Part shown: in pieces, positions 1-14,900 of the stretch
Position numbering within the stretch: the first letter of the stretch is position 1
Layout: each line of letters opens with the position of its first letter
Origin: Tubiluchus corallicola
Taxonomy: Eukaryota > Animalia > Priapulida
Direction of reading: 5' to 3'
DNA: 64,000 bases
Assembly (NCBI GenBank): GCA_030141605.1
Contig: JAQGDQ010000239.1
Location: forward strand, 278,758-342,757
Translations under genes and position numbers: made by a program
Notes under the pieces: generated by a model
The model's database searches: none
Told to the model about the DNA's origin: nothing
What the model saw: only the letters and a program-made list of their open reading frames with translations

Positions 1-71
1 CACACATATATCAAAGCCACTGGAGCATAGGTCTTGAGAGAAGCCTAGTACTGCAGCCAATAATATTTTTA

Positions 72-252
72 CAGTCAAACCTACTTATAACGCATCTATC
101 CCCTTTATAATGTCAACTTAGCTTAGCTCACATATTTTTTGACACAATACTATGTCTATATTTGCATAGTATGTACCTCCTTATAATACCATGCTTGCTT
201 AACACCAACTTTTTCGCAGTTCCAAAGTGGGCAGTATAAAGAGGTTTGATTG
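72..252. mobile_element. Short Tc1/pogo(Tigger)-type MITE remnant
   Basis: Starts CAGTCAAACCTACTTATAAC and ends GTATAAAGAGGTTTGATTG (imperfect terminal inverted repeats), with TA on both sides. A similar 3' end recurs near 39360-39423. Confidence 0.5.
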
Positions 253-3200
253 TATTCTTTGCCTTCTAGACTGTACACGATACAAAAAACGTCATACTAA
301 TGCCTACAAGAACATGATGCCCAAATGACAGTTGTGAAACACTACTCACTTTAGTTTACAAAAATAATTACAAGTTTAATTTTCATCAAATTTGTGAAAA
401 ATGTTACTAGTTAGGCAAGTACAGGTTAGGTTAAATTCCACACAAGGGTCTATGTGATACTCATTTAAATTATGTTAAATTTAGGTCCATTTACTTCTCA
501 AATTTGAAAATTAAAGGCGAAATTGGAAGTACAATGTCACTGTACAGCATTCATTGTGGTATACAAAAACCGGCAAATTTTCAGTTTAAAATTATAATTT
601 CAATTTTACCACCATGCCGCGCATGACCTGTCGAACGTGGGCATCAATCATAACTGAACAATATCTGAACTGAGAGGGACAGTACTTGTTTTTGTGCAAC
701 GCATTTCCCGGATGCCGGCGATAGAGCCCATCTAACTAGCAAATGGTGGATATGTAATGGCGGCATGGAACAGTGAACTAGCCGCGTGATTAACTTTAAA
801 TAAGGACAAAACAAAATGTTTCTTTTTCTGGCCAGTTTTTATAAACCCCAATGAGATCTTCACATTCAAACTTAATTCAAATGTGGTCAAAACTTATATT
901 ATACATCAATGTAATATTAGCTAATTGTACGCTTTTTTCCAGTTATAATCAAGATTAAAAGATACCATTGGGATTTATGTGACTCGGGCATTCAATATAA
1001 GGGTCGTCTATGGAATGGAACAGTCAAATTTATTCCATTTTCGTAGCCAGACAAACGGAAAAACACAAAAACTTAATAAAACTTGCAGACTAGCACATGG
1101 TCAATTAATATAGAAAAATGGCAGGCTTGATGTTCGTATGTTTAAATTCAAGAAAGACTAAATATTTTTGTTGCTCGTTTATTTACTGGCTTAGTTTCTT
1201 TATTATGTTTATGTCGCTGTATTTTGTACTGCTTTGAAATTTCATCTCTACATTCTGTTTAAACTGAAAAGTCATTTTTTGGCTACTTGAAGTGTTAATT
1301 TCATGTTAAAATAGCTGCTGCTTCGCAAATTTGTGTTTATGAAAAACAGCAACCAGTTTATCTGCTGATTAGACATTAGTTGTGACTGTCATGTTGTTTA
1401 GTTTAGCGTAGACAGTTGTTGTCCTGCGTGAGCTGTTGTCCCGAATGCTGCTGAGCGTGCTTACGTGCAGAAGGAACGGAGCGATAGACCAATATGTTTG
1501 ACGTCAATCGTTTCTGTTGAATAGATTCTTTGACTTGTTGTAATGATTCTTGAAAAAACAGTACATATATATATATATATGTCCCCTTTCAATATCTTAC
1601 AAGGCACGTTGTTCTGAGCTATAGTTTAAGATGGACTCTGGCTTTCCTTTATACGTATATCATATTTATTTTGATTCATATCCATATAGCTATAAAGCTG
1701 TTGGGTGCTGTTTACCGCACTAGCCCCTCGGATGGATCAAATAGCGCACACGATATTCGGGTTTCCCAACAGCAGAAATTGACCAAGTGTACTTAGTGGC
1801 AATGCCCGTTCTCCTTATGTATTTAATAATAATAATAATAATTTAAAATATCAATATAAATTAAATAATTAATTAAATACAAATTAAACATTTTATAAAA
1901 TAAAATATCAAATAATTCTGAGCCAACTCTAGTGCAAAATAGTTGGTTCAATTAGCAATGCACTTTCACGTACATTATGACAAAATAAAAATCAATAACA
2001 ACAAAAAAGTAAATAAAGCACTAAACTACAGTAATATTAGACAACTGAAAAATATACGATATCAAATTTTTGTCATATCACATCATGCATGCACATATGC
2101 CTTTATGGTAAACATTGCTCTGAAAACTCTTATTACTAAGTACTAGTAACACAATAAACCAAAGAGAATGTAAATGGGCTGAACTTGGTGCAAAGCAAAA
2201 CTAGACAAAAGTTCTGAAACACTGGGACTTTCTCACTTGACACTTTTTAAAATAAAATTATGTGCCTCACCAAATTTAGTCATTTTAGTCTACAGTTAAC
2301 TTACATAATGCATAACCAAATTATTACAATTCTATTGTTAGGCAAAACCAATTGAAATTTGATATCAAACTGATGTCGAAGGGGCTACAGGAAGTGTGAA
2401 AAAAAGTGTAAAATTAAGAGTGAGCAAATGAGTGCGGTACTTTGGCTGGCCATAAACCCCGGTAATGGTTCTAAGCAAATTAGCACGTGCTTTAGCACAA
2501 ATGTAAGGCTAGTGTGGCGAAAGCCTAAATTTAATACCATAATCCATTTTATTGTGTGAACAGAAATGTAAAGTGACAATAATAAAAAGCGCACTCAAAA
2601 AATACAATAGGCATGTCACTACAATGATGTTAATTATACAGACATAAAAATAATACTTAATAGATTAAAATGTCTCTGTGTTTCAGGGTCAGTTACCTAA
2701 GTTTTTAATTTCTGATACTAATTTTTGCTATTGCAGACTTACATGTATATAATATTCATAACGCATATCACTGGAATATAAATATTACATATTTTTCTAA
2801 TATTGCCAAATGTTACTGTACAGTACTTGTAATCTAGCTTAAAAGTTTAACCAATAAAAAAATATTAAACACAGAATATTTTATTGGTATGATTATTATA
2901 AGCATTGACTGAAAGTGATGTGTTGTATATGAAAAATGTACATTTATAAAGCACATTTTTTAAATCAGAAACCCATTTACGCCCATTAGGACATTCATTT
3001 ACCCTGTATATCATGACTACTGCAAATTTTACTGGCTATGAAGATGTTAAGATGTTATTTTATTATAACATTTAACCAAACAGTAAAAAGTAGAAGCAAG
3101 ATAAATGCACGCATTTCAAAAACTGTTGAGTGTTATTTTGTCAAGGTATTAGTAGTCAACATAATAAACAAATTTTGATTTAATTACAATAACTAATTTT

Positions 3201-4170
3201 TAACTGTACAATTATTAACAATAGGCCAGTGACAATAGTAACAACTCGTGTTTTGGTAAACTACTAGTAAAACTGCCGATTGGAGTAAATCACTATGAAA
3301 CTCAACAGAATGTGTTCTGCAATGACCGTACAATAGCTATCCTACGCACAGTAATAATAAATATACATAAACTAAATATGTACAGCAACAAACCTATTTC
3401 CTGTTATTTACAGATTATATAAATAATCACCAATTAGCATATTTCTTAATTCACATAAATTAATCCACAGAACTGTAATTTACTGATTATGACACATACT
3501 AGTAGTTCCCAATTTAAATTATAATTAGAAGACGACACTTTATGAAGTTGCATCTCAATTAATGATTTTTTTCATTTGTTTACAAGTCATAATGCTGACA
3601 AAACCTGTAACAAAAATATAATTATCATAATTCTAATTCTACAGGATCCAAAGTTAGAAAAAACAGTATATCGTGGATAAACAATCACAATCACGAACTT
3701 CTCTCAAAGTCAAATACAAAAACAAATGAATGTTGTTGCAGTAAAAGCGAAGTATTAGTAAAAGGTAAGTACATGTTAAAACTAATCAACTTATAGTTTG
3801 CCCTATGTGATGATCAATTACAGCAATTCAGGTGAAGCTAAGAAAACTGAAATAAATTTATTTTCTTAAATTTTCTCTACAGTTTGTTTCTACATGGAAT
3901 TACAAGTTAGTCACTTAAAATTTGAATGAGTTAAAGCCATAAGTCAGGAACATTAACAAATACAATAACTTATTACTAATTATATTGTGCTGCAAGCAGA
4001 ATTTCAAAAATGTCAGTTTAAGCAAATAACTATTATTTTTACACAAATTTGTGGATCACACAAATTTGTTATAAGCAAAATTTTCCATATAATCATGGAA
4101 GAACAATGAGTACAACAATAATTTCTGACTAATAAATTTAAGATGTATGCAGAGGTTATGTTTTTAAATA

Positions 4171-5087
4171 CAGTAGGTGCCGCTTAATAGACTCACGGTT
4201 AATAGACTCAATCGCTCAATTGACTCAAAAATGCCTGGAACGGGCTGCTTCAATTGAAATATACATAAAAACTATCGGTAATTGGCTCAAATAACTCCGC
4301 TTAATTGACTCAATATTTTTCCTTCACCTACTTAAAATAAGATATTTGTATGTGCTCAAAGAATCTTTCCTACTTTTATTTCATCTTTGCTTCCCTTTTG
4401 TGCACCATGCATGCAGAAACAATCATGTTAAGTACCGTTTTGTTTGTAAGCAGGTACGTTTATCATATGCTAATACACTAGCTTGGCGGTTTTGCTTTGA
4501 ATCTGTTATCCGCTCGCCCACTGTTGCCCAAAGAATTTCTGGAAGCTAACCATTTAATCACTTGTCAAGCAGTTTCCTTTTGATGCTCTCGTTGCAAATC
4601 ATGCTTTGAGGCTTAATCAGTTAACAGTCAAAGATGCAGGTACAGTAACCAGCTGGTATTCATTGTGACTTACAAGACTAAACATTGTACTGCAAATAAG
4701 AGCAAAGTAAGTGAGTAATTAAGAGAATTTGTGGGCAAAGTTCTTCGCAAGAAAATGAAGCCGCCGACCTTGAAGCAATTTTTGTAATTTTTGCAAATGA
4801 ATAGACTTAGAAAAGTCTGTGATTTAGAAGAGTATACTTTTTAACTTATTGCTAATTCACTAATATAAATTAATATTTTAAAATATTTTTTCTAATTTTT
4901 AACTGCACAAAGGAATTAAGGCATTAGTTCATTTCTAAAGTTCATTAAAAACCTTTGCAGTGCATAGTAAGCTGATGACTCATACTTCTATACCTGTAAT
5001 ACTACACCCATCGTTTAATAGGTTCAGTCGATTAATTGGGTTAAAACACGTCGATCCCAAAGTGAGTCTATTAAGCGGCGCCTACTG
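4171..5087. mobile_element. Non-autonomous Tc1/mariner-pogo (Tigger-like) DNA transposon, long copy
   Basis: 26-bp TIRs CAGTAGGTGCCGCTTAATAGACTCAC ... GTGAGTCTATTAAGCGGCGCCTACTG (1 mismatch). TA target duplication at 4169-4170 and 5088-5089. A second family member lies at 62247-62684. Confidence 0.9.
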
Positions 5088-5922
5088 TACAAACAATCAG
5101 ACTTTGTTTATAAGTACAGCAGCAAAAGTTGACCAGTTGCGATCTTATCGCCAGGGGCATATCAACACTTTAGGATGCTCTAAGCTGGCAGTTCTCTGTC
5201 ATGCCCATCTCTATTATGAATTTATGGTTGCTTATGTAATAAGCAGATTAAACACTTACTTGAGAGTATAAGAAACACTATTAACCTAGTTTCTACTACG
5301 TAGTCATTATTAATTACACGTAATTGCATAGCGCTTATATTCCAGCAGGCCGCGCAACTGCTTGTTGTGTAATACCTTGCACCTGTTCGTTGTGTGGCAC
5401 TTATGTAAAAGCTGAGCTCAGTAACTGCCTGTGGTGTGTTATAAAATGTGCCCTTTACATGAATATGAAAGTACACACATTTTCCAAGGAGAATAAGAAT
5501 TTTTTCTAAAGTGTGACTCAAACTTCAGTGTCTTAGGCTATAGCCTAGTTAGCCTATTGGTTAATAGGCCCCCACTTATCGCTTCAGTTGTTTAGCTGTA
5601 AGATCACTTCTGACACAAAAATATATATTGCACATCATTTTCTGTGTGTAATCTTTAAACAGGATTTTCATAACTTGAAATGAAAATGTGGCAAAAATAA
5701 AAAAATGCTGATCACCAACTGTTTTGTTTTACAATAAAAAAATCTCAAAATCAACATAAGAAACACCAGCTGAATGAATCACTTGTCAAACTTCCATCAC
5801 ACACAGCTAATTAAGAGTATAAAAATGCAGTAAATGAATACTAGCATAAAATTTTGCCTCAAGTCTTCAAGAGGAAGTGTGGTAACTAGAAGCTAGAAAA
5901 GTCTGGTTAGCTGCTACTAATG

Positions 5923-8900
5923 TCAAGATTCATGAATGTTGGAGTTGATGAGACTTTCTTTCTGTTCATGATCAATGTCTCTCAATCTATACGAATGACA
6001 AAATAAAAAAAAGATTGCTTTACAAGATAATTTACACCGTAAATATGAAATAATAATACTAAAATGCCATTATCCTTTTGCATATAAAAATATGTGACTA
6101 CCAATAACTGCTCAGATGATTTTCAACTTTTATGATAGATGCAAAAGTTTTAGCTTAGAATAACCTAATTTAGAAGTTCTTTTTAAAGAAAAGTGTAGTA
6201 AATTTCCAATTAACCCACAAAAGTGCATGCTTCAATTTTTCTTGATAGCTATTGTACATTCACCTGCCCTTTTCAAGCATAAACACTGAAGCTTTAATGC
6301 TTTATCTTTCAAATGCCAGTAAACTTCAGTCGGTTCAGGTTTCACCACATTAAAAGTGTCCTGCAGTTGTGCTGGATCCCAGTTTGCAGAGTGACAGACT
6401 GTATGGAAAACTGGGACTATTAAAAATGACTAAATATTCATAGTGTCAAAGAACAAAATTCTTACAAAACCATGAAATAATGTTCTGATCATTTTGTTTT
6501 CATGAGTATTAAGCTTTTGTTTATTTTATATAGAATACGAGTATATACCAGTTACCTTACAATTCATTATCTTTATCTCCTTTACTTTAATTTAATATAT
6601 CAAATTCACTTGGACATCTAACTTTTTTTGAATAAATTTATTACTTTTATTTTTCAAAGCTGTTTAATTTGCATTAAAATTTTTTAGGAAATCTTGTACT
6701 TTTCATCCAATTAATAACTATCAATGTGCTTAGGATGAACTGCTGTTTAATTTACCAAAATGCACCGACCTAATAATTTACCTTTCTTTTATAAAATGTG
6801 GCTAAACTTGGTTCTTACATCTGTTTAATTTGAATTAGAAAATCTAAGAAGTGCTGCAATGGTCATCAAATTAACAGGTAACAAGAACAATGATTTACCT
6901 TGTAGGAATGTGGACATGGCGCTTGCAAATGCAGTGCACAAATTTCTTCAAGTAAATTAATACAGGATCCCATGTTTCATAGCTAGCTAAAATCCCTACA
7001 GCTACAAATGACAAAAACACTGGAATGGCTCCGACAAAAAATTCCCATTGATAGATCACCTGCAACAGAAAGACTCCAATTGTTCTCATCTGGAGTTATG
7101 TAACTAAGATTTGAAAATACAGCTGCTATTCTCAAAAGTAAATCAGGGAACAGTAGAGCTAATTCAATTAAAACTTCCAAATCCTACAATAGTAACTACT
7201 TTGACTTACACTATTAGGTTTGTATTTAACATTTTTTTCTGAGAAAAATTAATGAACTTCTCTAATCCTTGTTGACAAGTTAATGCACAACATACCTTGA
7301 TGCACTATGTGCTAAAATTTTTTATGCTGTACTTAAATAAAGTCATAAGTTTATGTTTTAGTTCAGCAGCCTTGCATTCATTTTCAATTTTTATTTTGGT
7401 CACAACCATTGTTAGCAGACAAGCAAAATATTGTTTCTCACTGTACATTGATCAATAGAGCTTCTCCATTAATGCAGTGCAAAACAATCAAAATCACACA
7501 AAAATTTCCCATCTTAAGCGATTCTGGCTGCTACATTTCATGTATGGAGAATCCAAACAATACAGGGAGTAGTTAATATATAGAAAAAGTAAGGTAAACA
7601 CCAAGTGGAAGCTGCTTCTCTTCAATAAATTTTACTATACGCCATTCAACAATGACATAATGAACCAGCACTGCAACTAAATCATTCAATCATCTGAAGG
7701 ACAAAATTTGAGACTAAAATTAAATTTAAGCTAATGTCACTTTATATACTTTGTGATTTTAGTGGCTTTTTTGCATTATTCTTCGTTCTGAAGATAATTA
7801 AACAAAACACATTAAACGTCAAAAACATTAAATTTTTATTGCTGCTTTACAGCTTAATGATTGGAAGAAAAGTATCTTTAAATCTACAAAGAGAAAACCT
7901 ATTCAAAAACTGGCTCTACTTTTCTACAGACATTATACAATTTGTGGTCACATCTGGTATATTTTCAGCACATATGACTGCTTTCCTGATTTGTGGGAGT
8001 AAAGTCGAGAATTTTTTTTCTAAAAGTTGAAACCAAATCAGGGTGTTAGAATTGTTAGCCATTGTGTGCTTTAATAGAGGTAGTCAACCTGATTGTAGAT
8101 ACACTATTATCACATTAATTAGCTTTCAAATTGTAAAATAATATTTGTTGAAGTTATGCAATAATATATAAAATTCAAAAACAGTTTCTTACGTGTTTCA
8201 TCAACACGTCAGCCAGAATTGTAGCAGGAATTGTCAGGCTCAATGCCAATGTAGCAAGCAGAGAAGTAGTCAGAAAACAACCCCTAGAAAAATACGTCAG
8301 TTTATAATACTGGCATCAATGCAAGTAGTTAAAGGTAAATAATTTTACTGCTAGGTTTACATGATGTATGCTCATCATAAAGCAATAACTTTGTCCATAG
8401 TTCAATTGCTAGCGGTGAGCGTTCCAGGTGTAATTCCATGTACTGCAAGATAAAGTAGGTCAGCTAGCTATCCTCTATCCACTTCACTTACATTAGTAGT
8501 ATATAGTATTAGTAGTATAGTAGCCTCATTTATCTGTATATACCATTGTACTCTTATGATAGACTGGATGTAGTTAATGTATATTTTGTAATCTGATGGA
8601 GAAAGTAAATTTTAATTCCATTCAATAATTCATTTCAGTTCTATATGCTGATGTCTAACACTTGATAACATTAAATCTGATAAATCAAACACAGAACAAC
8701 CTAATTTGCTTATCCTGTGAACATGTGCTGAAACATGGCTCCCAAAAACACTATTTCAGGGGGTAATACCGAATAATCCAAAAGATGTATATTAATCTAT
8801 AACACTAAAACTTTGTTAGGAGTTTGAAAAAATATTGAATATAAAAGTTTCACAGAAAATGTTAAATACAAAGAAGTTTAAAACATACAGATAAAATTTA

Positions 8901-11900
8901 ATTTTAAGCATTATACATACCAAAGCCACAAGAATTCCGATAATACTGTCCCAATAATTCCATTTACACATAGAAACACCCACTGTTCTCGATTAGGCCA
9001 TTCAAATGGTTCTTTTCCTGTATAATGCAGAATGAGAAATCCTGGCCACAATAACAGAAAGTTGAACAGCCCAACAAATCCTAAATACAAAGCCATCAAA
9101 TACTACATATGACACGACATATAATTTCATTAACAGTTTTAAGAACTAGCTATTAAAGGCAGGAAAAGCTATACTCTTTGGTGTCTGCCTAAACACATCA
9201 AAAATGTTTTTGGGGACAATTTTTCACAAAATTTGTAATTTAGCAAAATTGAAATCACACGCAACTCAACTTACAACTGAGTAAATGTGAATTTTTTTAA
9301 AGGTCAGAGCAGCTCAATGACATCTATAAATGGGATACTTTTGGCAGACAACAAGAGCACAATCGTACGTGACAATATAAGAAACTGACCAAAGAACATT
9401 GCAATATCAAGTCGATCTTCATTTTCAGCCTTCTTTTTCAGTAACACGAGATAAATTGCGTAGAAGATGGCACTGCACAATGCCCAAATGGCACCACTAG
9501 GGACAGCTCCTTCAACATGGATGTCAGCAAAGCAAACCAGGATAACACCACTGATACTGCAAAACAAAGATTTAGCTTGCTGTATAGTCAGATTGCAAAG
9601 TGGTGATGGAAATGCAACATTGTGAACCAACAGAAACAATTTCCAAACTTAAGGTATGTGAAAAAATGGTCTTTCTTTTATTTGCCAAAGGTTTTGTGAG
9701 AGATTTGTTTTCACATCCAAAACCAAATTCTAGTAACATCGGTGTTAGTTTACTTTACGCTAGCTTTAAAGGCAGCACAATGCATAATCTGGGACAAATT
9801 TTTACAGAGAAAAAGGTTTAAATTATTACCAAACTTAATCCAAACAATCACAAAAAACTTAACATGATGTTAAGAAAAATTAATAATCCCATAAGCTTTC
9901 TGCAGGCAAAATGTAAGAATTCTGTTTCAAACTGAAACTTAAATACAACCCATCGCTCAAGCTCACCAGAATATTCTTTGCTTAACAATGTACCAAAAAG
10001 TAAATTATGATGCTATTAATTATGTCAAGACAATATTACACCAACAATTATTAATTTAGTCTGAAAACACTTTTTCACGATTGTTGTTATTTCAAAAAAC
10101 CAATTTAACTAGTGTATGTTCTACCTTACAAGCACAGCCAAGAGCTTGGATATAGAAAATCTGTCTGCTGGTGTACTTGGAAACATTGCTGCAAGTACTA
10201 AAGTAAAGAATGCAGATAGACTTGACAGCAAATTCACAACACCTGCTTGAGTATATGCTATTGCTTCCTGGTATGACATATTAGCTAGAAACCACTGAAA
10301 GAAGGCAAATAAGAACAAAATAAATAAAAAAGCAACTCATGTCCTTGTAAACTGTAAACATATACTACTGTCTATTGTCAATTATGTAAAGATGTTTGGC
10401 AAACATTACATCAGAATTTAGAAGCAACTATGAAAAAGAAACAAATTTTACAAACAGCACATTTTGTGCAAAACAGTGATGAACAGTGATCAACATAAAT
10501 AGCAGCAGTAACAGTAACAGTAACACAGATAACTAATATATTATAGTCAACAGTATCTTAAAGTTATGGAAAAGATGTTTGTAGCTAACACAAGAAATGT
10601 GACCCAACCATGAATTACTCAGCCAAAAAAGCTGTGCTATACATATGTTTTTCTTCATTAATTAGCTGTTAATTGTTGCAAAGATTGACGTTTTTCCTAA
10701 TATATTCAGAATATCAATTTTTTATATTTAAATCTGAATACCAATATGATACGATACGGCTTTTATTAATTCACTGGGAATATTGTTACATATCCTTTAA
10801 TCACGAATTTTATTGAAGACTTTCTAATGTTACTATTGCAGTTGACTTAGATCAGGTCAGCATGTTGGACTTACCAAGATGCAAAAGAAAAAGGCTAACT
10901 TTGCCACCTGTGTTATAGATAATTTTCCGTTGACGCGTTTCATAACTTCCTCAGCACGTACGGAAGCTGTATAAGACAAACGAGCTAAATTGGCTTCTTC
11001 TGCTTGGGACTCTGACAACTGCCGTACTTCAATTACCTTGCTGAATCGAACTGATCGAGCATTTGCACCAACTGGTAAAAGGTAACAGTTTATTAGATGC
11101 ACACTTTTTACAGTTATGTAAGATTTTATAACATATTTTCATTTAGCGTTTCGCAACGAATGTAGCATTTAATTCAGCAAAATGTCAGAACTTTTGATAT
11201 CCAATTAGCAATACAAAATCAACATACGGGAATCATCTGATTCGGTACCACTGTTTCTTTCTGAATCGCTATACTCAACAGGTATGTAACGAGGTTCACT
11301 CTGCAAGAAAATTATTAAGCCTAATTATCTATAATATTAACTGCAAGGTTAAAGTTGTTACTAAAGTTGTAATGAATCAAAAAAATTATTTATCATAATT
11401 TTGGCATCTAATTCAACAAAAAAGAAGAAAATGTGAAAAAGCTAAGACACACATTTCCTTCCTACTGTAGTTTCACAAATTTCAGTTCCACTGTAATCCA
11501 AGCTTCAGTCCCGACTTTTTCACATTTCTTTGGCCTCAGAAATAAAAAACGTTCAACAAGAAAATATTAATTTCCTTAATATTTATTTTTTCAATAACCT
11601 TGTCTGTTCATCTTAATACTTTCTCTACCCCGAAAGAGTGCCTAAAATTATGCTGGCTACCACACTAAGGTGCACTGCTCATGACTAAACACATTTATGA
11701 GGTCTGGCATTGCTCATCCCAGGTGCCTTTTTCTCCACCAAAACAATGAAAATGAAAAAGTCACTTGCTCGAGGGCAAGGACTCCAAAGCAGAACAACAG
11801 TATGATTAAGGCTGTCATTAATTCCAAAATTTGGCATTTTCATGCTAAATTTTGTGGTCCAATGCCAAATTAAAACATATAATTTGGGTATAAAACTGTA

Positions 11901-14900
11901 AACTTCAAAAGACAAAAATAAATTCGGTTGCATCATGATGGTACCAATATTCTAGCTTTATGCATCAGGAAAATACATCAAATTATGTTCCATTGAACAC
12001 TGCACTCAAATTTTTACTTAAAGTTTCAACGCAACAACTATTCGTCTCATTTATTACTGTTTTTCAGTGTGTTTTCAGCATTTGTTGTCAATAAAGGAGA
12101 AAACAAAAAACTCACTGAGTTACTAAATGAAAATTGGGTTTGTGTGCAGTAAACAACAATATTTATAACAACAAATTTTTCTACTTTGCTGCCACAGAAT
12201 AGTTAGAAGTGAATGTTTTTTGTAGATTTTGCACTTCCCGTTTGCAATGATAAAAAGTGTGAAAACTGTGTAATTTTCAATATTTCAAATTGTGTACACC
12301 ACTTGGTGCTCTAGTTACGGCTGCAAATATTACCTATGAGGTGAAAAGAAGGAATTAACCCTCGAACAAAATTCTTTCTATTTCAATACACATCTAAAAA
12401 TGTTGAAATTATTGTACATAATACATGTATAAAACGCCTTGCTTAAAAATGCAAAAGAAATTTAAATATTTCTTATTTCCCATCACCGGAGAACCTCGCT
12501 GCGGGTGGATTGGAAAAAAAATGATGAGAGCTGGAGGACAGTGTGAAACCAAACCTATGAAGGTACAAGTAGCGAAACTACTACAGTTTACTCAGAAGTT
12601 CCAGTATTCTAGCAATGTATTTAACTACGTTTATGTAAAAATTAGTCATCGGATGAATTAGCAACAACTTTAAAGTGCTTAGATAACTTTAATCCACAGG
12701 ATTAATCCTTAAAATATGTTTACTTTTATATTATTATCAAATTTTTGTCAACTTTCGGATAACATACGACTGCAAGTAGTGCAATTACAAACTTGCATTG
12801 TTTCTTTAACTAGCCCCTACATGGCAAACAAAAAATTGCTCAGTAACCATAGCAATGCCAACTTTGGCAATGCCCATTCTGGCAGTGTTGTTATAAGCTA
12901 CAGCAGGATAATGAACATAGCCGCTGCATATCACAAACACAATGGCAACCTATTGTTCCAGCTAAGCTGTGGCTTGCTGCTGCATGAAATTTTGCACATT
13001 TTTTTTTTACAAATATCATTAAGGCACAAAAAGTTTATGTCCAGCATTTGCATAAATAACATATTCCAGTTGAATATTTCATTAGCTATTTGAAGAAGCT
13101 GGCTGTTTTTGTTTTAAGTAGGCAAATAATTTTACTTGAGAAAAATCGGCTGGTAACCCATGAAAAACACTTCATTTACTGAACAAAACAGCTAAAACAC
13201 TTAATAATTTTACTAAAAGTGCACACAACCCAAAAATGATCTTGACACAAAAATGTGAGCATTTTAAAGTTTAAGAACTCTTCCTAATAGACCCATTGGC
13301 TGTTTTTGCCTGCAAATGCTCATTGTAACAAAATTAACGAATATTGGGTAAAAAGTGAAATTTCTTAAAGACCAACAAGTTGATCAGGTACAGCAATTGT
13401 CCTATTTGCAGTCGCATGAACATGTAATTCCTCAAGCATATGCAGGCAGTTTACAGAGTTCAGTCTTAGCATGTTAAAATAATTACTCTCTTACAGTGGG
13501 GTTGATTCCACATTACTATGCTACCATCAGTAACTGTTTTTGATTGAATGGTCTGCAGCAAGATTCAACAAAAGCAAAAAATAGTATTAATAATCTCTAG
13601 TTTAACGTTTTGGATTGCTTATAGCTGATAATTGTAACTGCACCTGAAAAAAACGATTGCTCAAACAACTGGCGGGATAAGTGTTTATACTGCACGGTAA
13701 CTGGATGACGCCATTTGACCCCGTGTGAAATGATCGCAAATTTAAATTGATTTTACTAATTACGCAAGGTGCATATCACAACTTTATTGTTGAAACTTTC
13801 TTCTCAAATATTATATTTGAGAAACATTTTTCTCAAATATTAAAATAAGCTCCCGAGAGAGGTGGCTTTTCCTTTAAATGAGTTTTGCTGGCTTCAATAC
13901 AAATATCGTTAAAAACAAAACCAAATGTTTGTGTTGAAAAAAATCTAAATCAATTTTTAAGCTTGCATAAAATGATGTCAATTTTAAAGCAGCATTGCAT
14001 TCTAAGATGCCAAAAACATTAACGACAGCCTTAGCTATAAGACTTAAACAAATAAACCCAGGATTATGATTGAAGAAACTAGCTGGCTGAGCTCAGGCCT
14101 AGGCAGCGCATCGGGTCTGTTAGGGTCACAAACCCGGAACCCGAAATTACAGACCCCTCGCACCTAAAGAAAAACAGTGTCTCGCTGTATTGCACTTTTA
14201 GTTTTCTCATCATTTAGTTAGCTATAAGGCTTCCATTATACATGTTAGTAACACAATTTCTGTCTTTCAGTTAGCAAAATTGAACAGTACACGAGTTGCT
14301 GCTACCCCTTCGTGATAATAATGCTGCAACAGATTTTTATTGCAACATTTCAGGAAAAAAGAAAAATGTTCTTTGAGAAGTTTTGTACAGGGATAATGAG
14401 TTAGCTCATTTTATCGCGTATTAACTTATTTTGCTTTAGACTTGAAAAATTAGGTGCAAGAAATGTGCACTATGATGCAACAAAATTTAGCTGTAATCAG
14501 TTGACGTGGATGTCTTTGGCAGAAGTATGTCAATATATAAACTGAAGCTAGTGCACCTTGCTGTACTTCGTTTGCACAGTGATTCCTCATGGCTGAACAA
14601 TTTTAATAGGCCAAGACTTATATTGGGTAATGTATAAAAGCTAGCTCATGAAAACTAGTTAATCCACTGATTAAAAAGCAATTGCTGTTCTTGAATTAAA
14701 ACCTAAATTTGTATCCTTGATCGCAAAAAAACAGCTGAAAAACTGTTTACTGAATAGATTTTTTCGACCATTATAGACAAAAAACACCTAAAATCAAGGA
14801 AAATGCATTGGTTTTTGTCCAATATAAGCCATGAGCTCTACTGAGGGAGCGCTGTAAACTCCACCAGACGTTCTAGTTTGTTTTTTGCTCTGTTTGTCAT

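Noticed and set aside
600-1845. CpG-richer patches and an (AAT)n tail near the window start, possibly a promoter or SINE
   Set aside because: No diagnostic boxes, TIRs or coding signal that I could support.
1943-5521. Several short 60-100 aa ORFs downstream of SLC35F5, and similar ones throughout the window
   Set aside because: AT-rich chance ORFs, many with non-ATG starts, lying in UTR, intron or transposon sequence with no motifs or splice support.
6264-6360. Candidate extra minus-strand SLC35F5 exon with CAG/GTGAAT boundaries
   Set aside because: It introduces a stop within a few codons in the required phase, and the protein is complete without it.
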